From Octopus vulgaris (lineage: Eukaryota), in the NCBI GenBank assembly GCA_951406725.2, contig OX597830.1, forward strand, positions 31,868,001 through 31,932,000: DNA of 64,000 bases, read 5' to 3'. The stretch's first letter is position 1, and each line of letters begins with the position of its first letter. A model generated the notes under the pieces. It was not told the DNA's origin and made no database searches. It was given only the letters and a program-made list of their open reading frames with translations. This document shows, piece by piece, positions 13,263 through 26,056 of this stretch. A program made the translations under genes and the position numbers.

Positions 13263-14039
13263 ACAGTCTGTATGTATGTATGTATGTATGTATGTATGTA
13301 TGTATGTATGTATGTATATCTTCATCATCATCATTATCATTATTGTTCTGATATACCCTTTTCCATGTTTCCAAGAGTCAGACAGAATTTCTGAATGCAG
13401 ACAGAATTTTCTATGGCCAGATGCCTTTCCCAACATCGTTCTCACCTGACTTGAAGGAAGGTAAGATTTCCCCACGACCAAACAAGTTTTCACATAAAAT
13501 TAGAAATAAAGAACACCTCTTAATGATGGTAAAACTCATTTACAACTGTGATGATGATGGTGATGTTTATGCATATATAAATATAATGTGTGTGTGTATG
13601 TGCATGTGTGTGTTTGTGTGTGCATGTGTGTGTACGTGTGTGTGTGTAATATATACATATAATACACACACACACATCATCATCTTCATCATCGTCATCA
13701 TCATCATTTAGCATCTGTCTTCGATGCTGGCATGAGTTGGTTGATTTGATAACATCAGGTAAATCAAAGAACTGGGGCAAGTCTGTTTTCTGATTTGGCT
13801 TGGTTTTTATGGCTGGATGCTCTTCCTAATCCTAACTACTTTACAGAGTGGGCTGGGTGTGTTTTACGTGGCACCATTACTAAAGACTTGAAGTTTCAGT
13901 CTTAGTGAAATATCGGAAACAGAAGTTTGTCAGAGTGACAAAACTTATTATCTTTGTAATCATGGATAAAGATAAACACACTGGAAAATGAAAAGCAAAA
14001 GCGTCGATTCATGAATGTAATACTTTCAAGTTAAAACAA

Positions 14040-14490
14040 ACTGGCTGTGTGGTAAGATGTTTGCTTACCAACCACATGGTTCCAGGTTCAGTTCCACTGC
14101 ATGGTACCTTGGGAAAGTGTGTTTTCTTCTATAACCTCGAGCAGATCAAAGCGAGTAGATTTCGTAGACGGAAACTGAAAAAAGCTCGTCATGTGAGTGT
14201 GTGTGTATGCATTTGTACGTGTGTCTGTGTGCACGTGTGTGTGTATGTGTACGTGTGTGTGTGTGTGTGTGCGTCTGTGCTTGTCCCGTACCGCAGCTTG
14301 ACAACCAATGCTGGTGTGTTTACATCCCCATAACTTAGCAGTTCGGCAAAATAAAATGATAGAAAAGTACCAAGCTTAATATAAAAAAATAAGAACTGAT
14401 GTCGATTTATTCAATTAAAAATTCTTCAAGGCAGTGCCCCAGCATGGCCGTAGTCAAATGGCTGCAGTAAGTAAAAGATAAAAGATTAGG
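14040..14490 (+). mobile_element. SINE family A
   Basis: Head, core, TG tract and tail CAGCATGGCCGTAGTCAAATGGCTG. Confidence 0.85.
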
Positions 14491-14843
14491 AAACAACTCC
14501 ATTCTTAAATTCAATAAGCAGAAAAATATATATAGAATGCCAAACAATGCTAAAACCTTTACTTTTAGGCCCAAATATCGCAATGGATACAATACGTTTG
14601 CTTACACCGAATGTACAAATATACGCGATTTTTTTTTGGAGACAGCGCTTGACCACACGACTACAGAATATCAGTCTTCTTTGTAAGAGCGCTTTTGATT
14701 AACCACCACCTCCTCCTCCTCCTCCCAAAATGAAGAGTTTGGTAAATGAATGTTACAGAATAAAACAGACACTTACCAAGAACAGCGGGTATTGCTAACA
14801 AAATGACAGGCACCAAATCTATTGAAAATACACAAATCACACG

Positions 14844-15075
14844 AAGTATTACATGAAACAAAAGCGTACTAACTATATAATGGAAGAACGGATTATCAAA
14901 ATCCTCGTAAAACAGAATACAAAAGGCATTCCGCCAAACCATAAATTAACATTAATAATGTACTACAAAACACTAAAAATTAATTACTTTCTTATTAATG
15001 ACAAAGCTAGAAGAGACAGAAGCATGTAAACTGGAGCACAAGCAATTAATAACCAATGTGATTTACAATTTGATT
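14844..15075 (+). pseudogene. degenerate Penelope-like element ORF fragment (RT to GIY-YIG linker)
   Basis: Hand translation KYYMKQKRTNYIMEERIIKILVKQNTKGIPPNHKLTLIMYYKTLKINYFLIND, then frameshifted TNVIY, resembles PLE linker sequence; recognised by eye only. Confidence 0.5.
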
Positions 15076-15714
15076 GCGAGCGTGAAAGCCATGCTGTTTG
15101 TTCTTCATGGGTCCAAAAGTTGTATCGTCCGTACAAGTACGATTCTCTCTCTCGTCAGTTCTCTGTGCATTTACAAAAATGAGTGACTAATTGTAATACA
15201 CAGTAACACACAGCACAGAATCAAGCTATAATTTATAATCTCTTGTATCTTGTATCTTGTGTCTTGTATCTTTTACTTGTTTCAGCTATTGGACTGAGGC
15301 CATGCTGGGGCACCGCCTTGAAGGGTAAGTCTGGTACATATTCCCTCGGTTCCTTTTGCTGCTGAACTGCCAAATTTCGGAGGCATAGGCAAATCAACAC
15401 ACACGTGCATGCGCACACATATGCACACACACACACACACACACATTTCGTGTTACACTAAGAGGCGATGCATATTTTGTATGAGGCTTTTCGAGTTTTG
15501 TTTCTCTTGTGAATAACTGTGAATTTCTTTTCCTTTAGAATTTATTTTCCTTTGCCATAATACTCCGAGACTTTACAACAATTTGTCATCACATTTTTAA
15601 CTTCAATTAGACAGGCTACTGATATTTTGGTTATGTTGGTTTAAGCTGCGTACTGTTACTTTAATTAAAACCGATTCTATTTGAAATTTTTGAGGAAACC
15701 ATTTATTTATCCTC

Positions 15715-16048
15715 ATCATCATCATCGTTTAACGCCCGCTTTCCATGCTAGCATAGGTTGGACGATATGATTGAGGACTGGTGAACCAGATGGCTGCACC
15801 AGGCTCCAATCTGAGCTGAAAGAGTTTCTACAGCTGGATGCCTTTCCTAACACCAACCACTCCAAGAGTTTAGTGGGTGCTTTTACGTGCCACGGGCACA
15901 AGGGCCAGACAGGCGGTACTGGCAACGCCTACACTCAAATGGTGATTTTTATGCACCACCTGCAAAGGAGCCAGTTCAGCTGCACTGGCAACAACCTCAC
16001 TCGAATGTTTTTTCACGGGCCACCAGCACAAGTGCCAGTAAGGCGATG
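15715..16048 (-). mobile_element. RTE LINE 3' end
   Basis: Reverse complement of the 8040-8885 3' UTR, with (ATC)n tail. Confidence 0.85.
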
Positions 16049-16054
16049 CATTTA

Positions 16055-16584
16055 TGTATTACAATTAATAATAGAATTGCTAGTTGGTTATGTTGGTAAG
16101 TACATGTCTGAAGTTGACAGTGGTAAATGGCGACGATGGTAGAGACGACTTGTAGTTGGTATGATGATGGTGACGACGGCAGTGGAGACAGAAGGCGTTC
16201 TGTCTGTTGCTGGTATATAATAGCGTTGTAGTGGCTGGCTGTCGTCTGTCGTTGGAAACTGGAACATAGCTGAGCACGATGCTGGTCAGTGACTAGACCT
16301 TAGAAGGTCTGGAGTCAAAGACGAAGAATAGTGAAAATGCAAGCCTATTTATAGCCCATGGTAGGCTCAAAGAAGGGCATCAAGAAGCAGGCCTTATCCG
16401 AAGGCTGTGATTGGTTGGCTTCACACTCTGGCATGAAATAGGAAGTTGAGATAAACCACGCCACATGTCAACCAATCAGATCAGTGGACACAACAGGAAC
16501 AACCCAGCCAAAGATGGCTGTAATCTCAAATGAGATCATTCCTGCTGTGTCTTTCAAACAGTGAGGATATCAGATACCGCTACA
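16055..16584 (-). mobile_element. possible LTR fragment or promoter-like island
   Basis: The minus strand begins TGTAGCGG at 16584, with CCAATC (16409-16414) about 60 bp upstream of TATAAATA (16346-16353). No clear 3' CA end or TSD found. Confidence 0.35.
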
Positions 16585-17364
16585 AGCTGTTTAGCTGATT
16601 ACTAGTGGTGAGTTATCTATGTATGTTGGTTAAGAATTAGACACCTATGTCATCGTGTTGGCGAGAGGCGAGAATTAAGAGATTTCTGTGTCGGTGATGG
16701 AAAAAGTGGCTTGTAGACAAAGTGATTCTTTTAATCTGAGGTCAAGTATTCGACAAAGAATTCTGTGTTCATCTATCCGGTCAAGAACCTCTCTCAATCC
16801 CTACACTGATTCTATAGTTATGACCATATTTTGGCGGTACATTCATGAAAAATTCCATTCGAAATCGTATGATCGAATGATTACAGTTGAAGTGTTATTG
16901 GTCAGAATCCAGGGCAAGTCACCTGATATGTAGTCAGCTGTTAGTTACTGAGTTAACACAGTTTCAAATCGCATGCATTTGTATGTAATAAAACAATGAA
17001 ATGCGCTGAGCAATCCTTATTGAACATATGATGTCGGTGTTGTGAAAATGCAATGAATTGTGTGTATGTATGTTTATGCTGTTTGCATATACATGTTTAT
17101 ACGAAAATACACATGCTGTTCATGTATGTATTTTTTTATACGTAACTAATTTGGCTAGCTTCTCATTACCAAACTGCATCATGTCGTTGTCGTTAACTCA
17201 TTCTTAACTCACTGGCAAAAATTATTATTTGTCTACTGTATCTGTCAACGAAGTTGAATAAAACCTTATTTCCATTACGGCAATTCTGTTCTCCTTACAA
17301 ACGTTCGTCAGTCTGAAATTGTCCGTTCTGTATTCTGGTATTTACATTTCACTCGGCATATACT

Positions 17365-17780
17365 CTTTACTCTTTTACTCTTTCCCTTGTTTCAGTCATT
17401 TGTCTGTGGCCATGCTGGAGCACTGCCTTTAGTTGAACATATCGACCTCAGGACTTATTCTTTGGAAGCCTAGTATTTATTCAAACGTTCTCTTTTGCCG
17501 AACTGCTAAGATACGGGGACGTAAACACACCAGCACCGGTTGTCAAGAAATGTTGGGGACAAACACAGACACATAAACAACACACACACATAAACACACA
17601 CACACACATACATATATACGATGGGCTTCTTTCAGTTTCCGTCTACCGAATTCACTCACATGGCTTTGGTCGGCCCGAGGCTATAGTAGAAGACACTTGC
17701 CCAACGTGCCATGCAGTGGGACTGAACCCGGAACCATGTGGCTGGTAAGCAAGCTACTTACCACATAGCCACTCCTATGC
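17365..17780 (-). mobile_element. SINE family A, full length
   Basis: Complete head-to-tail reverse complement including the GAGTAAAA tail repeats. Confidence 0.9.
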
Positions 17781-17789
17781 CTATGTGGA

Positions 17790-18030
17790 CAATGATGGAT
17801 AGAAAGTAGTATTATCTGTAACGTGCAAGAGAGAAGACTATGCTGGTACGAACATGTCCTACGTATGAAACAACGGATGGAGGAAGAACGAATAAGCGAT
17901 CCCAATATAGAAGATGAAGAACAAAGAAGATGTGAAAAAGTGATGAAAGGAGGTCCCAGGATGCTGGATCTCAAGGAAATAATAATTGACTACAACAAGG
18001 TATGTTCTCCAGGACAGACTGACCCAAGCA
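17790..18030 (+). mobile_element. degenerate RTE C-terminal ORF fragment
   Basis: VQERRLCWYEHVLRM matches the RTE RRLRWYGHV motif. Confidence 0.65.
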
Positions 18031-18567
18031 ATGTCAGCTGAACAAAATGGCTGACCTTGTGGTCATGATGATGTTGTTCGTGATGAAATACACTCATCAC
18101 TACAACTGCCAGAAATCAGGAGGATATGAAATATGATGGTAGTGGTGGTGGTTGTGGTGGTGGTCGTCGTCGTAGTAGTAGTAGTAGTAGTAGCAGCAGC
18201 AGCAGCAGCAGTGGCGGTGGTGGTGGCGATGGCAGCAGTGATTAGTGGCGGCGGCGACTGTGGCAGTTGTGGACATTGCATTCTTGACTGAATATAAAAA
18301 TTTACGCCATTGTATGTTCGATGTGTGTGTGTGTGTGTGTGTGCATGAGTGCGTGTGTGTGCGTGTGCGTCTTCATGTATGTATATGTGTGGAGGTGTGA
18401 GTGTGTGAGTGTATGCATGTATATTCATGTGCATGTGTGCCTGAGTGAGTGTGTGTGTATATATACATGTTCATGTATATATACATGTTCATGTGTGTAT
18501 ATATACATGTTCGTGCGTTTGCATTTGTGTATTTGCAACTGCATATATGCATGTGTGTTTCAGAGAA

Positions 18568-18610
<43 letters not shown>

Positions 18611-19491
18611 AAGAGGAAAAGAGAGAAACACAGAGAGGGGGAAAATTATGTGTAGATTATTTGTGTGTATGTTGTATATTTATGCTCATTCCAGAAAGAG
18701 TGTGCATAAGAGAAAGAAAGTGTGTGTACATGTGTGTGTACATGCGTGCACGTGGAGCGTAGACTTGTTTGTGAGCCTGTCTTAGAGATAGACGGAGAGA
18801 ATCTGCTTATGCAGGTATATCTATTAGTGCGCATATCGTGTGCTAAGGTGTGCATCTATATGTATGTGTATATGCACGTATGCAAACAAATATGTATGTA
18901 TGTATATAAGTATGTATGTATGCATATATGTGTGTGTGTGTGTGTATTCCGATCTAATATCATCAAGCAAAGTTGGCAGCGTCCCTCGAAAAGTGCAACA
19001 GTAATGGATAGCTTAGCAAAGACATGCACCATAATGGCTGCACAGTCAATTGCACTTTGTTGTCTACAGCGCAGAAATTAACTGCGACTAATACGATTTC
19101 TTTCTTGATTCCAAAGATATCATCTATTACACATGATATGATTGTCTGAATCTCAATACAGACATGTCTTGCTGTGTGTGTGTGTGTGTGTGTGTGTGCA
19201 CGTGCGTGTGCGCGTGTGTGCATGTGTGTGTGTGAGTGTATCGTGTCAAGTATATTCTCACGTGCAATGATTTAAGTTTATGCACAAATATATGCATACA
19301 GGTATACGTGCATTTATGTATGATTGTGTTGGTGTATATATATATGTGTGTGTGTAGCTAGGTATCTACACACTCACACACACACACACACACACACACA
19401 CATGCACACACAAATGCACAGACTCAGACACACTCATAGATATATGCATATACGTATATGTGTGTGCATATATATAATGTATATATCTGTG

Positions 19492-19536
<45 letters not shown>

Positions 19537-19677
19537 TCTATATACATTTATGTAAACATAAGCAGATATACACCCTCATATATATATGTGTGTATGCGTG
19601 TGTGTGTGTGTGTGTGTGTGCATGTGTAGATGTATGGCTGTAGGTCTTTAAGCGTATGACTATATAATGAATATAAT

Positions 19678-19724
<47 letters not shown>

Positions 19725-20239
19725 ATATATGCATGTATATCATTATATCCATTATACAGTCATACGCTTAAACACGTACACTCACAAACATAAGTACACA
19801 CACACACAAGTGTACACACACGCATACACACATATATATACACCACATCCAAATTATGACTACAACTTCCAAAGACATCGTTGTGTATTCATATGCTGTA
19901 CATAACTAAGTAGCCATTAGAACTAGCTCATACATGTTATAGGTGTAAATCAACGGATAATCAGAATGTTATCTCACATGCTCTCATATATATATTATTA
20001 TATAGGTGTCTGGGTGTGTATATATATATATATATGTGTGTGTGTATATTCATTTATGTGTGACTGAGCGTGCGTGAGTGTTTGTGTGTGTATGTGTGTG
20101 TGTTTGTGTGTGTATGTGTGTGTGTGTGTGTGTGTGTGAGGATAGGCGTATGGTCTGTGTGATTATGCATGGTTATCATACATTTCTATGAGTGTCAATA
20201 TGTATACATGCATATACACAAACACAGACACAGACACAA

Positions 20240-20278
<39 letters not shown>

Positions 20279-21179
20279 CCAGAGAGGGACAGAGAGACAA
20301 GTGTGACCGTATGTATAAATGTCTGTGTATATATATGTGTGTATATATATATGTGTGTGTATGTGTGCACATATATGTATATATGTATATGTGTGTGTGT
20401 GTGTGTGTACAGGTTCTCTGTCTGATTCGACGGTGGTTATTACAGCTGTTCAATCAACTGATCGACATACTCATTAAATTATAGTTCAAGTGGTTGAGTA
20501 CACCAAGTGATCCACATCAATTCCTTCCGACACTCTCGGTCACTTTCCCTAAAATTTACTGGAAGCCAGCATCAATCCTCACTCCCTCTCCTTCTCTCTC
20601 TCTCCCCCTCACGTTCTCTCTCTCTCTCTTTACCTTTCTCCTTAAGTGGTGCTTCAGTTGTTGTAATCCTTTCATTGGTCAGTTATAGGTCATTTTATTT
20701 TCATATGTAGTAGTCCATTTTGCTTTACTTTCTGCATGTATTCTTTCTATAACGTCTGCTGATTCAATATTTGTCAGTACGAATTATAAATCTCCGTACA
20801 TTCGCTAATGTATTTACAACTATATGATCATTCGTATCTTTCTTTTTTTTTTTTTCCTTTTCCGCCCGCCCCACAGGTGATAATTGTTTCCAATAAATTT
20901 GTACACTGAAGACCATTGGCTTGAAATTTGCCTACAAATGAAGTGCAAATCCCTTACATCTACATTCCATAAGAAGCTGTTTACTCAATTGCAGAGCCAT
21001 AACATGTTACAAGAAGTGCAGAAAAGCTAGAAGAATTTTATGTATTGTTGTAAAAGATTGTCACTATTGAGTCGGGATATACTAGAAGATAGCAAAAAGG
21101 ATAAAAAATAATAAAGCATGGACTACCGGAGATTATTTGATAGTATACTACACTCATGGATAATGGCAATGCTCTAAAT

Positions 21180-21595
21180 CAGTCATTGCCAACCATTTTT
21201 TTACCTATGGACACCTTTGATTCTTATTTTACTCAGATAGACCCTGATATCCAGTCAACGTTTAAAAAATCCTATTATAGGTGCAGGATTGGCTGTGTGG
21301 TAAGTTGCTTGCTTACCAACCACATGGCTCTGGGTTCAGTCTCTCTGCATGGCACCTTGGGAAAATGTCTTCTACTATAGCCTAGGGTTGACCAAAGTCT
21401 TGTGAGTAGATTTGCTAGATGGAAACTGAAAGAAACTCATCATATACATACATATATATATATATATATCATTAATTAAATATATTCTGTTAGAATATTA
21501 TACACTGAATTTATAAATACAATACTATTTTAGACATATATTCCTTTGTGAGGAATTTTTTTATATTGAATTTCATGCTATTATTTCAAAATACA

Positions 21596-21671
<76 letters not shown>

Positions 21672-22065
21672 GTATGTATATCTTTGTGTGTGTGTATGTG
21701 TGCCTGTGTTTGTCCCCTCCACCATTGCTTGACAACCGATGCTGGTGTGTTTACGTCCCCATAACTTAGCGGCTCAGCAAAAGGGGCCGATAGAATAAGT
21801 TATTGTCATACAAAGAATAAGTCCTAGGATCGATTTGCTTGACTAAAGGCAGTGCTCCAGCATGGCCACAGCCAAATGACTGAAACAAATGAAAAAAAAA
21901 GAAAAAATAGTTTTATAATTGAATATCTTTAGGAATTGTATAAAAAGATTGTCAAAATATTTTATGCATTATAGAATTATAACTGATTTTATTGCCCATA
22001 AATTTTAAAAGCAAAATCCAATATGGCCCTCCAAGGGTCGTATGGACCCTGGATGGAAACCACTG
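21180..22065. mobile_element. hAT-type MITE interrupted by a SINE A copy (21280-21905)
   Basis: Ends CAGTCATTGCCAACC ... GGATGGAAACCACTG; flanks CTCTAAAT / ATCTAAGT look like a decayed 8-bp TSD; same subterminal motifs as 4111-4464. Confidence 0.7.
21280..21905 (+). mobile_element. SINE family A with extra sequence in its internal TA tract
   Basis: Head at 21280, tail CCACAGCCAAATGACTGAAAC near 21870-21890. Confidence 0.85.
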
Positions 22066-22590
22066 ATCTAAGTGAGTAAACCAGCTTGTTTTAACAAAGC
22101 TACTTGAGAATGGAAAATGACTTTATCTCTACTTGATACAGGGAAGATATTTAAGACCAAAAATACATGCTTAAGAAGAGGAATCTTCCAGGGAGACTCA
22201 TTATCATCCTGACTCCTTTGACTGCACATATTCATGCACACGAGTCAGTTGCAATGTCTATGAGCTGAAAGAATCGTTAACATGCGGGACAAAATGCTTA
22301 GAGGTATTTCTGCTGGATTTTATGTTCAGAGTTCAAATTCTCCAGAGGTCAACTTTATCTTTCATCCTTTCGGGGTAAATAAAATAAGTATAAGCTGAAC
22401 AACGAGATCAATATAATTGACTTACACCCTTAAAGCTGTTGACCTTGTGCCAAACTCTGAAACCAATATGCTCACATTTTGGCATGGAAACGGATGAGAA
22501 ATGGTATAAGAATGCATATAATCTGTTACACTTCAGAGCAGGACGTCTCATTGTCCTGCAACGTCCTCAATATTCTTCTCAACCTTTATA

Positions 22591-23214
22591 CAAAGTGTTC
22601 AAAAAGTCTCTCCGCACTAAGTATTTTATTGTAAAATAAATATTTATAAGATGGTCTAAGACTACAAAAGAATATATTAAACTTTATGAGACTTTAAAAA
22701 CTTTTATAAGAGGTGTTGAAAGTGTCGTCCTTCATTTTCAATACATAAAATTTAATTTCTTTTTAACTGCCATGTGAGCATTTCCTAGGCTGATTTCCGT
22801 TTCCTGTGACAATTTGCATTAGGACTTTGATGGGCTTGTCTACAGTTTATTAGAAATATTGGTGAGTGTTTCATCTGAAAGAACAGTAGGCTTACCACTT
22901 CTTGCTGCGTCTTCCACTGAACCTGTGTTTCTAAATCTTCTTATCAAATCTCGCACAGTGCCATAATGTGGAACAACAGTATTTGGGAAAGTTTCACTGA
23001 ACTTCTGCTTCACAGTATCTGTGTATTTGTTTCCAGCTCGAAACCCCCATTCAACTAAAAACGTACGTTCTCCAATGATTAGCATGTTGACACACTGAAG
23101 GGCACACAATGACTGAGGGACAATAGCTGACACCCAGCCGCCCACGCAGTGATAGCAAAGTTGTGCATGCAAGGATGAAAATGCTCACTGCGGAGAGACT
23201 TTTTGAACACCCTG
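22591..23214 (-). mobile_element. internally deleted Tc1/mariner element
   Basis: TIRs CAAAGTGTTCAAAAAGTCTCTCCGCACT / CAGGGTGTTCAAAAAGTCTCTCCGCAGT, with TA on the left. The N-terminal HTH (ERTFLVE...LIRRFRNTGSVEDAARSGKP) is joined almost directly to the C-terminus CIENEGRHFQHLL*, so the catalytic domain is missing. Confidence 0.88.
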
Positions 23215-24239
23215 TGCTTAATAAAGGCAGCATCGTTTTTATCATTGTTCTTATTTTGTCTTGTTTAATCCTGAAACTTCGCTGGAGAATATAAAAGTGA
23301 GTCAGCTGTCCACAAATAGTGGACTTGTTGCCAGAGGTTTGCATGTGGCTGCATGTAAATGATGTAACATCACCTCACAAACAATTAATAGTAAATTTTA
23401 TTACAGCGCACACATGCATTTTCATGTTGTTCATGAATTAGAAATTGCAGCAACAAAGTTTACACTATGGAAAGAATAATTCTGTAGCTTTTATGAATAG
23501 TTGATTAAAAAAGGTCTCTAATTAAGCTGTCAAGACAGGAGAAAATATACACACTGAATAATATACACAGCCAACTATAACAGCATATTAAGGTTAAGTA
23601 GGATCCGTAGTAATGACTATCAAATGCAGCCAGAGAGAGTGCGGAGCTGAGCTGCGGGTTGCCACACACTGGAGTGGTGAGATGCATCGTCCGGTATCTG
23701 CGCAAATAAGCTTGGTAAGATTAGAGATAACATTTCACTTGGTCAACTTTGTCTGCAAATATGCTGTGAAGTCGGCGCTAAAAACGTACCTGTTGATAAC
23801 ATTTTTGAGGAAATGTTCCAGAGGCTTCTAGAATGATCTCTCACATGATGTCTAGGTGCTGCTTGGTTAATAACTCGGCCATAAAGGTGTTTTTATGCCG
23901 TGATTTTATCTTTGCAAACAGACGACATGGTTTTGAGTCTTGTTATAGGCTAATGCAACACTCTTCATTTAGATTTCGAAAAGTTAGTGAAGGATTCGCA
24001 CACCTCTGAGTAACACTGTTTTCTATAGCCGTTCTCTCTACATATTTACCCCTATTTTTCAATCCACTTTCTGGGCTTCTTAGTGACTGTACCCAAAGCT
24101 TTATCAACAAGTATCACACACACCTTCTTCAATGAACACAGTTTTTCTTATTTCTCATTCCAAACCTTCCCTTCTTTTTTTTCCTGATATTTTGTTTTGT
24201 TAATGATGATGACGATGGTAATAATAATAATAATAATGA

Positions 24240-24452
24240 TAATCCTTTCTACTACTGGTCTGAAATTTGGGGGAGGGGACTAGTTGATTATGTTAACCCT
24301 AGTGTTTTTCAGTGGTTCTTGATTTATTGACTTCAAAAGGATGAAAGGCAAAGTCAACCCTCAGCAGAATTTGAACCCAGAATACAGCAACGGGTGAAAT
24401 ACCGCTAAACATTTTGTCCAGCATGCTATAACGATTCTGCCAGCTCGCCACC
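24240..24452 (-). mobile_element. SINE family C
   Basis: Reverse complement GGTGGCGAGCTGGCAGAATCGTTA...GGGTTCAAATTCTGC...GCCTTTCATCCTTTTG. Confidence 0.85.
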
Positions 24453-24456
24453 TAAC

Positions 24457-24492
<36 letters not shown>

Positions 24493-24504
24493 TAATAATA
24501 ATAA

Positions 24505-25012
24505 ACTGATTGGAAGTGTTATCATGTACATTGTTTTGTCTTGGTATAAAAGATGGGCTACAGCAAATATTCTGCTCAATACCACAGATTTGCTTGTCAG
24601 TTGTTTGACTTTAACCAGTTGAGCATGTCCCTTAGTGGCTGACGATATGTGCATCTCTGATCACGAGCAGAAGTAGTGGGGGAGCATCATAGCCATGTGT
24701 TGAGAAGGATTCTTTGGGGTTTGGATAATTCACCTCTGGAAACATGGGTGGTTCTTTCAACATCCTTAAACAATCGTTATTCAGGGACCTTTTGAGCGGG
24801 ATGGGCTACTCAACCTGAAGAAAATTCTAACTGGGCCCCACCTGCAAGGTCATGTGCTGTTTATCTTGATATGAGATCACCATGTCGCGCACATATGGTT
24901 GTGATGCATGTGCCTGGTGTACCCTTATCAGACGGGTAGTTAAGATGGGTATATTGGGCTTCGTATATTTTACCCCAGTGTCACTTTGATGGCATGCTCT
25001 GCTCGCTCACTC

Positions 25013-25013
<1 letters not shown>
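24505..25013 (+). mobile_element. about 510-bp non-coding insert between (TAA)n tracts, probably a retrotransposon 3' UTR
   Basis: Complex sequence bounded on both sides by (AAT)n, with no long ORF. The family assignment is inference. Confidence 0.55.
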
Positions 25014-25072
<59 letters not shown>

Positions 25073-25480
25073 TCTTTTTTATTGGCCACATGGGCTGAGG
25101 AAAACATTTTGTACAGTACAACGACAAAGGACAGTGGACACAGAGCTATAGACTCGAGTAAACAATAAAAAAAACATTAACAATTAGCAATAACAACAAA
25201 ACAACAGAAACAACATCAACAACAATAACAGCAACAACAACAACGATGACGACGACGGCAACAACGACGACGATGATATGATTGTAATGATGTTAATAAT
25301 GGTAACAACGAGAAGATTGGTGATAACAATATCTTAATTACATTTCTGCTTAAAATAATCAAATTTCCATGCATTATAAACAAATTCGTGATAAAGTTGA
25401 GAGAATCAAGCCTAAGGTCCAATACTGAAAGAGATACCTCAGTTTACAAGCAGTACACACATGCGCAGAAAGAAAGTAGG

Positions 25481-25909
25481 TTCTTCTTCTTCTTCTTCTT
25501 CTTCTTCTTCTTCTTCTTCTTCTTCTTCTTCTTCTTCTTCTTCTTCTTCTTCTTCTTCTTCTTCTTCTTCTTCTCCTTCTTCTCCTTCTTCTCCTTCTTC
25601 TTCTTCTTCTTCTTCTTCTTCTCCTTCTTCTTCTTCTTCTTCTTCTTCTTCTTCTTCTTCTTCTTCTTCTTCTTCTTCTTCCTCCTTCTTCTTCTTCTCC
25701 TCTTCTTCTTCTTCTTCTTCTTCTTCTCCTCCTCCTCCTTCTTCTTCTTCTTCTTCTTCTTCTTCTTCTCCTCCTCCTCCTCCTTCTTCTTCTTCTCCTT
25801 CTTCTTCTTCTTCTTCTTCTTCTTCTCCTCCTCCTCCTCCTTCTTCTTCTTCTTCTTCTTCTTCTTCTTCTTCTTCTTCTTCTTCTTCTTCTTCTTCTTC
25901 TTCTTCTTC
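25481..25909. repeat. about 430-bp pure polypyrimidine (CTT)n/(CCT)n tract
   Basis: Seen directly; grades into (CAT)n and then (TAT)n. Confidence 0.98.
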
Positions 25910-26056
25910 ACCATCATCATCATCATCATCATCAACATCATCATCATCATCATTATTATTATTATTATTATCATTATTATTATTATTAATATTATTATTA
26001 TTATTATTATTATTATGATTATTATTATTATTAATAATATTATTGTTATTATTATT

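Noticed and set aside
14661-14942. Hydrophobic 93-aa minus-strand ORF with a GTAAGT donor
   Set aside because: Better explained as the antisense of a Penelope-like remnant.
16985-17299. Possible plus-strand solo LTR (AATAAA then ...CTTACA)
   Set aside because: No matching 5' end with a TSD could be identified.
18990-19070. AATTGCACT (miR-92-like seed) and a 9-bp AAAGTGCAA/TTGCACTTT stem
   Set aside because: The rest of the sequence does not match miR-92 and the fold is not a simple pre-miRNA hairpin.
20437-20480. Minus-strand TTAATGA...GAACAGCTGTA hammerhead-like trace
   Set aside because: It needs at least three core changes and has no stem I.
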